This document shows positions 52,295-62,907 of a stretch of DNA of 64,000 nt, one piece after another. The DNA comes from an uncultured candidatus Porisulfidus sp. (GTDB taxonomy: Bacteria; Pseudomonadota; Gammaproteobacteria; Poriferisulfidales; Oxydemutatoraceae). Numbering within the stretch: position 1 is the stretch's first letter; each line of letters starts with the position of its first letter. Below the pieces are notes generated by a model. It saw only the letters and a list, made by a program, of their open reading frames with translations, was not told the DNA's origin and made no database searches. The position numbers and the translations under genes are program-made. The stretch lies in NCBI GenBank assembly GCA_965215125.1, contig OZ244052.1:928001-992000 (forward strand). The letters are read 5' to 3'.

Positions 52295-53032
52295 ATGAAT
52301 GCACTCAGCATTGCCTATGCCGCGCTCTTTTATATTGCAACCGCGGTATTGATAGGCGGACTGGCTTATAAAATGTGGCTGTATTGGAAAGTGCCGGCAC
52401 CGCTAAAGATACCGACGACACCGGCACCGACCACCCGAAGCGGGGTCGTTTATCGTCTGTTCAAAGAAACCGTTTTCTTTGAAAGCCTGTTCAAGTCCAA
52501 TAAGTGGATTTGGTTATTCGGCTGGTTATTCCACTTCGGTTTGTTCCTGGTTTTGCTACGCCATCTGCGCTATTTCACCGAACCTGTCTGGTTTTGGGTT
52601 AATTGGTTGCAACCTTTCGGCAAGTATGCGTCCTGGATGATGATTATAGGATTGATAGGACTATTGTTGCGGCGTATCGTCGTTGACCGCGTACGCTATA
52701 TTTCGTCTCCGTCCGACCACCTGATGCTACTCTTGTTATTGGCAATCGGCGCAACCGGCGTTTTGATGACATTCTTTTACCCGGTGGATATCGTGACAAT
52801 GAAGATATTCTTTTTAGGCTTGATGCGCCTTGACCCGCAACCGCTACCGTCGGACTTACTGATGGTCGTGCATCTCGCACTCGTCGCCCTGCTGATGATC
52901 ATATTCCCGTTTAGCAAACTACTGCACGCGCCGGGCATATTCTTCAGCCCGACCCGCAACCAAGTGGATAACCCGCGCGAACAACGGCATATCGCCGCAT
53001 GGGCATTAAAACTGGAACAACAAAAGCACTGA
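52295..53032 (+). CDS. dsrM: DsrM membrane cytochrome b
   Basis: PAPLKIPTTPAP, FH.GL, RH.RY, PFSKLLHA. Confidence 0.95.
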   Translation: MNALSIAYAALFYIATAVLIGGLAYKMWLYWKVPAPLKIPTTPAPTTRSGVVYRLFKETVFFESLFKSNKWIWLFGWLFHFGLFLVLLRHLRYFTEPVWFWVNWLQPFGKYASWMMIIGLIGLLLRRIVVDRVRYISSPSDHLMLLLLLAIGATGVLMTFFYPVDIVTMKIFFLGLMRLDPQPLPSDLLMVVHLALVALLMIIFPFSKLLHAPGIFFSPTRNQVDNPREQRHIAAWALKLEQQKH

Positions 53033-53039
53033 GAGAATT

Positions 53040-54602
53040 ATGGCAACAACAGAATTCAAAACCCCCAAATATAGAGAAGACCGAGCGATCCCTAAATTGC
53101 AAGAGGATGTGATGAAGCACAGCCAGCCCTTTACCGCAAAACCCGAGTTTCAACAATCGTTAGGCTTTCCGGGTGAACTGGTTGATAACTGGGAGCAGGT
53201 TGCGGTTGATAAAATGGGTGAGTTGGTCGGCAAATACCGCTCGCTACAAGTCTTCTTGGACGCATGCGTCAAGTGCGGTGCCTGTACCGATAAGTGCCAT
53301 TATTATCTAGGCACGACCGACCCCAAAAATATGCCGGTCGCACGGCAGGATTTATTCCGCAAAGTCTATCGCCGCTACTACACTTTCTCGGGCAAATATT
53401 TCCCGTGGCTGGTCGGTGCCGAAGACATGAACAAGGAAGTGCTGGACGATTGGTATAGCTACTTCCACCAATGCTCGCAATGCCGACGCTGTTCGGTTTA
53501 TTGCCCTTACGGCATAGATACCGCAGAGATTTCTATGGCAGCCCGCGAGATTATGGATCACATCGGCAAGGGACAGAAATACTGCAACGAAATCATCGGC
53601 AAAGTCCATGTTATCGGCAACAACTTAGGCTTACCCGAACCGGCATTGGCGGACACACTCGAAGGCTTGGAAGAAGAAGTCTTTGAGGACACCGGCGCAA
53701 AAGTGCGCTTCCCGCTTGACGAAGCAGGTGCCGAAGTATTGCTGGTGACCCCCTCGGCAGATTTTTTTGCCGAACCCCATGTCGACGGCTTGATCGGCTA
53801 TGCAAAAGTATTTCATCAAGCAGGCATATCGTGGACTTTGAGCTCTCATGCCAGCGAAGCAGCCAACTTCGGTATGTTCATCGGCAACTACGAGAATATG
53901 CAAAAACTCGCATTGAGAATACGCGAAGCGGCACAACAACTCGGCGTGCGGCGCATCATATTCGGTGAATGTGGACACGCTTGGCGCGTCGCCTACAGCT
54001 TCCTCAATACACTGGCAGGCCCCTTCGACTTCCTAGACCCCGACTATCCGGTGCCGCAACATATCTGCGAATTTACTCACGACCTCATCCAGAAAAATAA
54101 ACTCACCCTAGACCCCTCGCAAAACGACGATATGGTGCTGACCTTTCACGACTCGTGCAATATCGCCCGCGCCTCACGGATGGGAGATAAGCCAGGCGGA
54201 CAATTCACTATACCCCGCGAGATTATCAAAGCCTGTTGCAACCATTTCCACGACATGTCGCCGGAAACAATCAAAGAAGGCACTTACTGTTGTGGCGGCG
54301 GCGGCGGCTTGCTAACCGACGACCTGATAGAACTACGAGTGAAAGGCGCATTGCCTCGCATGGAAGCACTGCAAGAAGTGGTTGATCACTGCGGCGTTAC
54401 ACACATGGCAGCAATCTGTGCAATCTGTAAGAGCCAATTTACCAAAATCTTCCCATACTACGGGCTGACACTGGATCAAGTCGTGTGCATCCACCAACTG
54501 GTGAGCAATGCCATCGTCCTGGAACCCGATGCCGTTGAAGAAGCGGAAAAGACATCCGATAGCGAAGGCAAAGGTGGAGACGAGGGCGAGGATGCCGCCT
54601 AA
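53040..54602 (+). CDS. dsrK: DsrK (HdrD-like Fe-S subunit)
   Basis: CVKCGACTDKC, CSQCRRCSVYCP, ECGH, FHDSC, CCGGGGG. Confidence 0.96.
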   Translation: MATTEFKTPKYREDRAIPKLQEDVMKHSQPFTAKPEFQQSLGFPGELVDNWEQVAVDKMGELVGKYRSLQVFLDACVKCGACTDKCHYYLGTTDPKNMPVARQDLFRKVYRRYYTFSGKYFPWLVGAEDMNKEVLDDWYSYFHQCSQCRRCSVYCPYGIDTAEISMAAREIMDHIGKGQKYCNEIIGKVHVIGNNLGLPEPALADTLEGLEEEVFEDTGAKVRFPLDEAGAEVLLVTPSADFFAEPHVDGLIGYAKVFHQAGISWTLSSHASEAANFGMFIGNYENMQKLALRIREAAQQLGVRRIIFGECGHAWRVAYSFLNTLAGPFDFLDPDYPVPQHICEFTHDLIQKNKLTLDPSQNDDMVLTFHDSCNIARASRMGDKPGGQFTIPREIIKACCNHFHDMSPETIKEGTYCCGGGGGLLTDDLIELRVKGALPRMEALQEVVDHCGVTHMAAICAICKSQFTKIFPYYGLTLDQVVCIHQLVSNAIVLEPDAVEEAEKTSDSEGKGGDEGEDAA

Positions 54603-54603
54603 A

Positions 54604-54735
54604 CATTCCCCTCCTTTGGAGGGGTGGCAGGCGCAATAGAACCGCCGATTGAGCCAGTAGGTCAATCGGCGTAACGTTGTGCAGAACCTTAATACTTGGT
54701 ACAAAATGTAAAACCTTTCCACGGGGTAGTCGTGT
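54604..54735. repeat. Mosaic repeat at the dsrK/soxX junction
   Basis: CATTCCCCTCCTTTGGAGGGGTGGCAGGCGCA[ATAGAACCGCCGATTGAGCCAGTAGGTCAATCGGC...]CGGGGTAGT. Confidence 0.85.
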
Positions 54736-54846
54736 CGTACCTGCACAATCTATACCCAAATTTCACATTTTTATGATGCCTAAGTTGTTAACTGCTATAT
54801 AATCAGAAAGACTTTATGCTGATATAATATTTTGTGGAGGAATGAA

Positions 54847-55218
54847 ATGCGGAAAATAAGATACAGCATCTTAAACTTTGTTGCTATTGCGTGTGCAATC
54901 GCGTTATGGTTTCCAATAACGACAATCTCGGAAGAAAGAAGCGAGATACATATAATTGAAGAGGGTAAAGCACTTAGCCTTGATAGAAAGAAAGGTAATT
55001 GCGTCTCGTGTCATTACATCGTCGGCGCGGAATCTCCGGGCAATATCGGTCCGGCTTTAGTAGGAATGAAATCACGATACCCCAAAGCCGAATTACGAAA
55101 GCGTATCTGGGATATCACTCAATCTGTGCCCGAAGCTGCGATGCCGCCGTTTGGCAAGCATCAAATTTTGAGCGAAGAAGAAATAGATAAAATTACCGAA
55201 TATATTTACACACTATGA
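54847..55218 (+). CDS. soxX: SoxX c-type cytochrome
   Basis: KGNCVSCH, GNIGP.L, MPPFG. Confidence 0.93.
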   Translation: MRKIRYSILNFVAIACAIALWFPITTISEERSEIHIIEEGKALSLDRKKGNCVSCHYIVGAESPGNIGPALVGMKSRYPKAELRKRIWDITQSVPEAAMPPFGKHQILSEEEIDKITEYIYTL

Positions 55219-55259
55219 ACATGCCGAATCATTGCAACCTATTGAAGGAGGAGTAAAAA

Positions 55260-55718
55260 ATGGACAGAACGAGGAGAAAACTACTGATAGGAACCGGTGC
55301 AGGTCTGTTGCTTACGAGCTGGTGGCCGCAATCTGTGTTTGCGGCGCGGGCATCCGAAGAGGCGTTTGGGTCAAAATCACTGGACGAGAGCATTAAAGAG
55401 CTCATCGGAGATGCCGATGTGATTGAAGACAATGAGCATATTCACATTAAGGCACCCACCATATCGGAGAACGGTGCTGTGGTGCCGATCTCGGTGGAAG
55501 TTGACATGGATAACGTTGACGCGATTAGTCTCTTGGTTGAAAAAAACCCTTTGCCACTGACTTCTAGTTATAAGTTTCACAAAGCTTCCGCCCCGTATAT
55601 CTCAACGCGAATCAAAATGATGGAAACTTCGGATGTGATCGCGTTGGTGACTGCGGACAGTAAGCACTACAAAGCAACCGAGCTTGTCAAAGTGACAATC
55701 GGCGGTTGCGGCGGTTAA
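55260..55718 (+). CDS. soxY: SoxY sulfur carrier
   Basis: Tat RR signal, ENGAVVP, VTIGGCGG C-terminus. Confidence 0.96.
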   Translation: MDRTRRKLLIGTGAGLLLTSWWPQSVFAARASEEAFGSKSLDESIKELIGDADVIEDNEHIHIKAPTISENGAVVPISVEVDMDNVDAISLLVEKNPLPLTSSYKFHKASAPYISTRIKMMETSDVIALVTADSKHYKATELVKVTIGGCGG

Positions 55719-55734
55719 AACACGAGGAATTAAG

Positions 55735-56046
55735 ATGTCCGATTCTATGAAAATTCGCACCAAAATAGAAGGTGATTATATAGAGGTCAAAGCCTTGATA
55801 AAACATCCTATGGAGACCGGTATTAGAAAAGACAAAAAAGGCAATGTGATTCCGGCACATTATATCGAGGACTTGACTGCAGAGGCTAACGGCAAAGTTG
55901 TATTCTCCGCCGAGTGGGGGACGGGAATTGCCGCAAACCCTTACATTTCTTTCAGATTCAAAGGAGCCGAAGCCGGTGATGAGCTGAAACTTAGCTGGAA
56001 AGACAACACCGGGGCGTCGGACTCTTTGACCGTTCCCATCGAATAA
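55735..56046 (+). CDS. soxZ: SoxZ
   Basis: HPMETG.RKD..G..IPAHYI, NPY..F, W.DN.G. Confidence 0.96.
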   Translation: MSDSMKIRTKIEGDYIEVKALIKHPMETGIRKDKKGNVIPAHYIEDLTAEANGKVVFSAEWGTGIAANPYISFRFKGAEAGDELKLSWKDNTGASDSLTVPIE

Positions 56047-56057
56047 ACGGAGGCATC

Positions 56058-56897
56058 ATGAAAAAAAGACACATTTTAATTACTCTGGTAACAGCGATTG
56101 CATTCGCTGTCGGTGGCTATGCGGTAGCCGACTATCGTGCGGATATCAAGCATTACCAAGATTATCTGAAGGCTAAATTCCCGAACATCGATCCTGCCGA
56201 ATTTGCAAACGGCTATTATGCGTTGAGCGAGGAGATGCGTCAAAACTGGGAAGCCATAGAAGAGTTTCCACCGTATTCCATCTATGTGGATGCCGGCGAG
56301 GAAATGTGGAACACACCTTTTGCAAACGGCAAAGGTTACAAAGATTGTTTCCCCGACGGACCGGCGATAGGCCACAAATATCCGCATTGGGATAAAGAAC
56401 AGGGCATGGTGATGACCATGCCTCTGGCAATCAATCAATGTCGCGAGCGTCATGGCGAAAGCCCACTGGGCTATAAGAAAGGTCCGATTGCTTCATTATG
56501 GGCTTATATCGCGTATCAAAGCCGTGGACAGGTGATAGATGTGGTCGTGCCGGAGAACGACCCTAAAGCATTGGAAGCGTATAACAAAGGCAAAGAATTC
56601 TATTTTGCACGTCGTGGGCAGTTGAATTTCTCATGCGCGCATTGCCACTTCAATAATGCCGGCATGAACTTGCGAACCGAGATTCTCAGCCCGGTGATGG
56701 GACAAACAACCGGCTGGCCGGTATATAGATCGAAATGGAACGACATCGGCACCCTACATCGCCGTTATTCCGGTTGCAACGAACAAGTGCGTGCCAAAGC
56801 ATTCCCACCTCAGGGAGAGGAGTATCGTAATTTAGAATATTTTCATACATCGCTGAGCAACGGTCTTCAACTCAACGGCCCGTCGGCTAGAAAATAA
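56058..56897 (+). CDS. soxA: SoxA
   Basis: RRGQLNFSCAHCH, WPVYR, RRY.GC..QVRA. Confidence 0.95.
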   Translation: MKKRHILITLVTAIAFAVGGYAVADYRADIKHYQDYLKAKFPNIDPAEFANGYYALSEEMRQNWEAIEEFPPYSIYVDAGEEMWNTPFANGKGYKDCFPDGPAIGHKYPHWDKEQGMVMTMPLAINQCRERHGESPLGYKKGPIASLWAYIAYQSRGQVIDVVVPENDPKALEAYNKGKEFYFARRGQLNFSCAHCHFNNAGMNLRTEILSPVMGQTTGWPVYRSKWNDIGTLHRRYSGCNEQVRAKAFPPQGEEYRNLEYFHTSLSNGLQLNGPSARK

Positions 56898-56910
56898 ACA
56901 AGGAGGCGCG

Positions 56911-57228
56911 ATGAGCTATACAAAACCAATAATCCAATACCTGACCGCACTACTTTTGCTAATGTTCGTCGCCGTCGGCAATGCAGAAGCCGACTTTGAA
57001 AAATTGATCAACGAGGCAATCGCAGCGCAGAAAAAAGCGAGTGAGGTCGGCGGCGAATGGCGCGATATTCAAAAATTCATAGATGGTGCGAAAGAAGCCG
57101 CTACCGAGGGCAACAAAGAAGCAGCGATGAAGTTAGCTCAAAAAGCTAAAATGCACAGCGAGTTAGGTTATCGGCAAGCAGTCTCTCAGCAAGGCAAAAT
57201 TCAAATTCCATCGTACTTGCAACGGTAG
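56911..57228 (+). CDS. soxK: SoxAX-binding protein (SoxK/SaxB-like)
   Basis: Signal peptide, GGEWRD motif, position between soxA and soxB. Confidence 0.75.
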   Translation: MSYTKPIIQYLTALLLLMFVAVGNAEADFEKLINEAIAAQKKASEVGGEWRDIQKFIDGAKEAATEGNKEAAMKLAQKAKMHSELGYRQAVSQQGKIQIPSYLQR

Positions 57229-57258
57229 GCACAAAGCCTCTTAAACTCGGCAGGTTTA

Positions 57259-59004
57259 ATGAACTTAACCCGTCGTCAATTTATCGCTTTAATGTCAAGT
57301 GCGGCAGCGGCTAGTCTGCTACCGCACTCAACCTTTGCTACCACCGAAGACTTTTACGACTTTCCTTTTTCCGGAAATCTCCGGTTGTTGCATTTCACCG
57401 ACTGCCACGCACAACTATTGCCGGTTTATTTTCGGGAACCGAACACCAATATCGGAATAGGCGATGCCTCGGGACGCGTGCCGCATGTGGTTGGTAAAAA
57501 TTTACTCAAACTCTACCCGGGACTAACCGAACCTTATATACACGCGTTGACCTATCTGGACTTCGTCGAAGATGCCCAACGTTATGGAAAAGTGGGTGGG
57601 TTTGCGCACTTGGCAAGTTTGGTAAAACAACTGCGCGCCGAAGCCGGAGAAAATCGTACACTACTGCTAGATGGTGGCGACACATGGCAAGGCTCGGGTA
57701 CCGCCTATTGGACGCGCGGCGAGGATATGGTCGGTGCGTGCAACCTGCTCGGTGTGGATGTGATGACCGGACACTGGGAGTTCACCTACGACGATAGTGA
57801 AGTCATGGAAAGACTGAAAAAAGTCAACGGCGATTTTGTCGCACAAAATATTCTTTTGACCGAGGAGGGATTGTTTGACGGCAAGCCTGCCTACGACGAA
57901 GCGAGCGGACATGTATTCCCACCGTATGTGATGAAAAACCTAAACGGCGTGCGCGTGGCAGTCATCGGACAAGCGTATCCTTATACACCTATTTCCAACC
58001 CCAAGCGATTTATTCCCGATTGGACTTTCGGAATACGCGAGAGCGAGTTGCAAGAGACCGTTGCCGAAATCCGCAACCGAGAAAAACCGAATGTCGTCGT
58101 GCTACTATCGCATAACGGTGCCGATATCGATTTGAAACTGGCATCGCGTGTTGAAGGCATCGATATCATATTCGGCGGACACACGCACGACGGTGTGTTG
58201 AAGGCGATTGAAGTTTTTAATCGCAGCGGGCGAACCTTGGTTACCAACGGCGGCTCCAGCGGCAAGTTTTTGGGAGTCATGGACTTAAGCGTGAAAAACA
58301 ATAAAATTGCCGACTATCACTATCGCCTGCTACCGGTGTTCTCCGACATGCTACCACCCGATCGAGAAATGCAAAACTATATAGAGCAGGTTCGCAAACC
58401 TTACATAAATAAACTTGAGGAGAAAATCGCCATCGCCGATGATTTGCTGTACCGGCGCGGCAATTTCAACGGCACCTTCGACCAGTTGATTTGCGAGGCC
58501 TTAAACGAACGCCTGGATACGCAAATCGCATTATCACCGGGGTTCCGCTGGGGTACGACAGTTTTGCCGGGACAGGCTATTACTATGGAACACATATTAG
58601 ACCAGACATGCATGACATACCCGGAGACTTATGCAACCGAGATGACCGGACAACAGCTGAAACTAATCTTTGAGGATGTATGCGATAATCTGTTTAACCC
58701 CGACCCATATCTGCAACAAGGTGGGGACATGGTTCGTGTCGCCGGCATGAATTATGTTTGCGACCCGACCGCAAGTATGGGCAAAAGGATTACCGATATG
58801 CGGCTTGACGACGGCAAAGCGATCGAACCCGATAAAAGTTATAAGGTTTCGGGATGGGCGACTGTCGGTTCAAAGTCGCCGGGAGAACCGGTGTGGGATG
58901 TGGTTGCCGATTACTTGCGTGATAAAAAAGTCGCGTCGGTGAAAAAGCTGAATACACCCAAACTGGTGAATATAGACCACAACTTAGGATGGAGTAAACT
59001 ATGA
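57259..59004 (+). CDS. soxB: Thiosulfohydrolase SoxB
   Basis: Tat signal, TDCHAQL.PVYFREP, DGGDTWQG, GHWEF, SPGFRWG, QQGGDMVR. Confidence 0.97.
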   Translation: MNLTRRQFIALMSSAAAASLLPHSTFATTEDFYDFPFSGNLRLLHFTDCHAQLLPVYFREPNTNIGIGDASGRVPHVVGKNLLKLYPGLTEPYIHALTYLDFVEDAQRYGKVGGFAHLASLVKQLRAEAGENRTLLLDGGDTWQGSGTAYWTRGEDMVGACNLLGVDVMTGHWEFTYDDSEVMERLKKVNGDFVAQNILLTEEGLFDGKPAYDEASGHVFPPYVMKNLNGVRVAVIGQAYPYTPISNPKRFIPDWTFGIRESELQETVAEIRNREKPNVVVLLSHNGADIDLKLASRVEGIDIIFGGHTHDGVLKAIEVFNRSGRTLVTNGGSSGKFLGVMDLSVKNNKIADYHYRLLPVFSDMLPPDREMQNYIEQVRKPYINKLEEKIAIADDLLYRRGNFNGTFDQLICEALNERLDTQIALSPGFRWGTTVLPGQAITMEHILDQTCMTYPETYATEMTGQQLKLIFEDVCDNLFNPDPYLQQGGDMVRVAGMNYVCDPTASMGKRITDMRLDDGKAIEPDKSYKVSGWATVGSKSPGEPVWDVVADYLRDKKVASVKKLNTPKLVNIDHNLGWSKL

Positions 59005-59537
59005 AAACAAACACAAAAGGTATAAAACACGCTGCGAAGTGTATCGTCAAAACCGCTTTATTGCTTAGCTATATCGCCTTGTCTTTAACGACCCAAGTCG
59101 CGATCGCCGAGGACAAGCCGGTTTTCCTAGAGACCAGACAACTGACTGCCGAGTCGGCAATGAAAATCGGCAACGCCGCATTGGAGGATTGCACCAGGCG
59201 CGGATTCAAGGTCGGTGTGAGTATCACCTCGCGCGAAGGTCAACTACTTTTCTTTATCCGCCATCCGCTGGCCGGACCCCATACTCCGATGATTAGTCAC
59301 GCCAAAGCATATACTTCTTCAACGATGGGGGTTGCGACATCCGCACTCACCGGAGCCAACACGCAAAAGCTCAACTACTATGAGAACATTACCACCTTAG
59401 GCGGCGGTGTGCCGATTATCGTTGCCGGTCATCAATACGGTGGCATCGGTGTGTCCGGTGCAACACCCGAAGCCGACGAAGAATGTGCCGAAGTCGGCAT
59501 CAAAACCATTGAGGAAGATTTAGAGTTCAGTGAATAA
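59001..59537 (+). CDS. GlcG/HbpS-family heme-binding protein
   Basis: AGPHT...KAYT, GGVPI, GGIGVSGA...DE.CA. Confidence 0.85.
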   Translation: MKTNTKGIKHAAKCIVKTALLLSYIALSLTTQVAIAEDKPVFLETRQLTAESAMKIGNAALEDCTRRGFKVGVSITSREGQLLFFIRHPLAGPHTPMISHAKAYTSSTMGVATSALTGANTQKLNYYENITTLGGGVPIIVAGHQYGGIGVSGATPEADEECAEVGIKTIEEDLEFSE

Positions 59538-60675
59538 GCTGTCTTTTGATTACACGCCCTGCCGCAACTGCGTATTGCAAGCAATGCCGTGGTTTGATAA
59601 AGATGTATTGATACTTGCTTGCCTAACACTCATCGCAGTATGTTCAACGGCAATCGCCGACAGCGAGACCGGGTCGCCGGCGGTTGAACCGGACGGCGAC
59701 GGCTCTATGAGCTATGTATACGCACAAGAAAACCCCGACTGGTTCGGCATGTCTTTCTTGGATATCGCCGAGGATGTCGAAGAAGCGGCAGCCGAAAACA
59801 AACACTACGGACTCTATTTTTATCAGGACGGGTGCCCTTATTGTGAAAAGTTAATCAACGATAATTTCGGACAATACCGCATTAACGAATACGCAAAAGC
59901 AAACTTTAACATCGCGCCGATTAATATCTTCGGTGCCGTTGAAGTAACCGACCTTGACGGTATTCCGAGACCGGAAAGTGTTTTTTCCGAACACCGAAAA
60001 ATTCAATTCACACCGACGTTGATTTTCTTCTCACCGTTGGGAGAAGTCTTTCGCATGAACGGCTATTACCCACCGCATAAATTCCTCGCAATGCTGGAAT
60101 ATATAACCGACAAATACTACCTCAAAGACATAACTTTTATAGACTTCCTGCAGGCCAAAGAAGTCTCTCCGGCATCCGATGAGATGCACTACGCTTCGGA
60201 AATGTTGCGCCTTCCGCTCGATATGACCGAGAACACTCTAGGCGCAAACAAACCCGTTTTGGTTTTGTTCGAACAACCGCGCTGTTTGGCGTGCGACGAA
60301 TTACATCTTGATGTTCTGAAACGAGAAGCAAGCGACGAACTATATCGACAATTTGAAACGGTAATGATTAATGTCTATGGCAAGGAAACCCTCGTGCCAC
60401 CGAACGGCAGTGGCGAAATCAGCGAAAAAGCATGGGCGCGCAAGCTAGGCATTAAATACACACCGTCTTTGGTGTTTTATCAACGGCAAAGCAAAAACCA
60501 ACCATTAGCCGAAGTGTTTCGCGTTGAAGGCTATGTGAAAACCTTTCACGTACAATCGGCAATGGAATATATACTATCGCAGGCTTATGCAAAACCCCAA
60601 GACTTCCAGGAATTCATCAGATTACGCGCCGAGTCAATGAGACCCGAAGACGGCCATTTAGACATCATGCACTAA
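59530..60675 (+). CDS. SoxW-like tandem thioredoxin-fold protein
   Basis: CPYC and CLAC motifs, FTPT/YTPS cis-Pro loops; start uncertain. Confidence 0.75.
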   Translation: MNKLSFDYTPCRNCVLQAMPWFDKDVLILACLTLIAVCSTAIADSETGSPAVEPDGDGSMSYVYAQENPDWFGMSFLDIAEDVEEAAAENKHYGLYFYQDGCPYCEKLINDNFGQYRINEYAKANFNIAPINIFGAVEVTDLDGIPRPESVFSEHRKIQFTPTLIFFSPLGEVFRMNGYYPPHKFLAMLEYITDKYYLKDITFIDFLQAKEVSPASDEMHYASEMLRLPLDMTENTLGANKPVLVLFEQPRCLACDELHLDVLKREASDELYRQFETVMINVYGKETLVPPNGSGEISEKAWARKLGIKYTPSLVFYQRQSKNQPLAEVFRVEGYVKTFHVQSAMEYILSQAYAKPQDFQEFIRLRAESMRPEDGHLDIMH

Positions 60676-60685
60676 AAGCAGACTA

Positions 60686-60830
60686 GTACATTCCCCTCCT
60701 TCGGAGGGGTGGCAGGTGTAATAGAACCGCCGATTGAGCCAGTAGGTCAATCGGCGGAACGTTTTGCAGAATCTTAGTACATATTACAAAATGTAAAACC
60801 TTTCCATGGGGTGGTTACAACCGTCCCGCC
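60686..60830. repeat. Mosaic repeat, near-copy of 54604-54735
   Basis: Same module order, including the ACAAAATGTAAAACCTTTCCA spacer. Confidence 0.85.
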
Positions 60831-61537
60831 CTCGCACGATTAACGCGTCCATCCATTGGTTTATGGGAGTTAAAACCGGGTGGCGCATGGCAGTCTCTGC
60901 AACTCATCCATTTTTTGGGTACCGTTCGTCGGAAATGCGAAACAGCACCACATCGCCCATTTTATGATCCAACCATGATTAGACGGCTTGCTATGATGCG
61001 GGCTCTTTCTTATAATTCAACTTAAGAGGTTAAAAATGGAAAATATAGAGAATGTAGACAACTTAACGATTGAAACTATTTACAAAATGGTGCTTGAAAT
61101 GAAGTCAAAGCTGGACTTTCTAGAATCGGAAACGCATACCCCACAATCGGACAAGGCAGGTTTATACATGGAAAGTATAGAACCGAGATTAAGTAAGGTT
61201 GAAGCCGACATTGCAGAAATGAAAACCGATATAGCAGTTATGAAAGCTGAGATGGAAGATATAAAACTAAGACTAAGCAAAGTTGAAGCCGATATCGTAG
61301 ACATAAAAGCTGAAATGGTAGTTATGAAAACCGATATAGCGGTTATGAAAGCCGATATAGAAAGCATGAAACTGAGACTAAGCAAGGTTGAAACCGGCAT
61401 TGCAGACATCAAAGCAGAACAATTTAAATTCAGAGATGACATCTATAAATGGGGTTTAGCGTTAGCCGCCAGCATTATTGTTTCGGTAAGTTCTATTGTT
61501 AGTTTGGTGGTGATTTTTGCAAACTAACTCCCAATCC
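60831..61537 (+). repeat. Duplicated cassette copy 1 (upstream region plus coiled-coil gene)
   Basis: Near-identical to 63121-63848, which is 21 bp longer. Confidence 0.92.
61036..61527 (+). CDS. Heptad-repeat coiled-coil protein with C-terminal TM anchor
   Basis: LSKVEAD/IAVMKAE/MEDIKLR heptads, KWGLALAASIIV TM; GAGG RBS. Confidence 0.8.
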   Translation: MENIENVDNLTIETIYKMVLEMKSKLDFLESETHTPQSDKAGLYMESIEPRLSKVEADIAEMKTDIAVMKAEMEDIKLRLSKVEADIVDIKAEMVVMKTDIAVMKADIESMKLRLSKVETGIADIKAEQFKFRDDIYKWGLALAASIIVSVSSIVSLVVIFAN

Positions 61538-61658
61538 TCCCAGATATAAATGTAAATTATGAATGTAGGGGCGGACTGGCATGATGCCTTATTAAAAATC
61601 AAGCCGTTTTATTCATTTTTTATCTCCTTTTGTGAGTATCGATTTAGGACGCAAATGC

Positions 61659-62633
61659 TCAACAATAATTCGTGTCAAACGGTTGCTTGTGCGTGGTGAC
61701 CCCATAAATAATACGCGTGAGCTTATGAGCGCAAGCAACAATAATCTGCTTTTTAGTTAACTCCGGACGCCGCCGACTTAATTGGTCGGCAAATGCACGG
61801 ATGGTTAGGTTATGCCGACGTGCCGAGAGTGCTGCCATAAATAGGAGGGTGCGCAGGTCGGCATTGCCCTGTTTAGAGATGGGCGTGGGCGATGCGCAGT
61901 TGCCGGATTGCTTGTGCTTGGGCGTGATGCCGATATAGGCGGCGAGTTGCTTTGGATGGCGAAACGTATTATCATCCAGTACTGCACACAGGGCAGCCGC
62001 AGTTTGAGTTCCGATTCCAGGAATGGAACACAGCAACTGGTGAAGCTGTGTGAGGTGCTCGTCTTGAGCGATGATTTTGTCCATTGAGGCATTAATCTTA
62101 TCGATCTGCTTCTCATGGTTCTTCAGGCTAGTGGCTGCCACCTTTTTTTGCTTCGCATCGCGCAGGGTATTAGCGCAATTGCTTAACATCGTACAACACT
62201 TGACTAATTCCCTGCGCCATTTCAGTGCGTCGCGCAAAGCTTGCACAGCCGGTGAGGGCTTTTGCCAATTGTTTTCAGGCGGGATAGCAAATACGAAGCG
62301 TGCGATGATACGCGCATCCACGCGATCGGTTTTACTGCGTATGCCGAGCGAGTCGCGGAATCTAGCGATCAGCACCGGTGCTGCCACGATGATTGGATGC
62401 CCGGCATCATAGCCGGCCATGCACAGGTCTAGTTCAAGACCGCCGGTCGCCTCAACACAGATGCGACACTGCTGTGCGCGGTGTTTGCTCGTCCAAGCTA
62501 ACAACTGTTTGATGCCTTGGGCATCACTACTAAATTGTTGCTCGGCAAAACTATTATCAGTGAATAATAGAGCCGCCTCTAAAGTGTCTTTAGAGACATC
62601 AACGCCAATCGTGACGGGTTGTTTGTTTTCCAT
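61659..62633 (-). CDS. IS110-family DEDD recombinase, apparently intact
   Basis: IGVDVSK, VEATG, KTDRVDA, SIPGIG, catalytic KQSG, ISKQGN..LR. Confidence 0.93.
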   Translation of the reverse strand: MENKQPVTIGVDVSKDTLEAALLFTDNSFAEQQFSSDAQGIKQLLAWTSKHRAQQCRICVEATGGLELDLCMAGYDAGHPIIVAAPVLIARFRDSLGIRSKTDRVDARIIARFVFAIPPENNWQKPSPAVQALRDALKWRRELVKCCTMLSNCANTLRDAKQKKVAATSLKNHEKQIDKINASMDKIIAQDEHLTQLHQLLCSIPGIGTQTAAALCAVLDDNTFRHPKQLAAYIGITPKHKQSGNCASPTPISKQGNADLRTLLFMAALSARRHNLTIRAFADQLSRRRPELTKKQIIVACAHKLTRIIYGVTTHKQPFDTNYC

Positions 62634-62694
62634 AATAAATTACTCCATAAGGGTTGGTTAATGAATGAAATACTAGGTATCAAACACAGTTTAG

Positions 62695-62870
62695 GAAAGT
62701 ATGACTACGCCGCCCAAACAGATGAATACGAGATCTAAAGTCCCAAGCTGCCTTTCGAGCTCTATAGTCATAACGCCGGAGGAGTGCTTTTCATACCATC
62801 AGGCTTTAATGCCTCGTCCGTCCTGCAGCGTGTCTCCTCCGACTTCCTAGGCACTGCATCTGCCTAAGCG
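62695..62870 (-). ncRNA. Bridge RNA of the IS110 element
   Basis: 5' hairpin TAGGCA/TGCCTA, then two stem-closed internal loops (GTCGGAGGAG/CTCCTCCGGC and ATGACTA/TAGTCAT) with segments matching the target and donor junctions. Confidence 0.75.
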
Positions 62871-62907
62871 TTTATCTTATATCAAATAAGCCAGGGTTTA
62901 ATATATC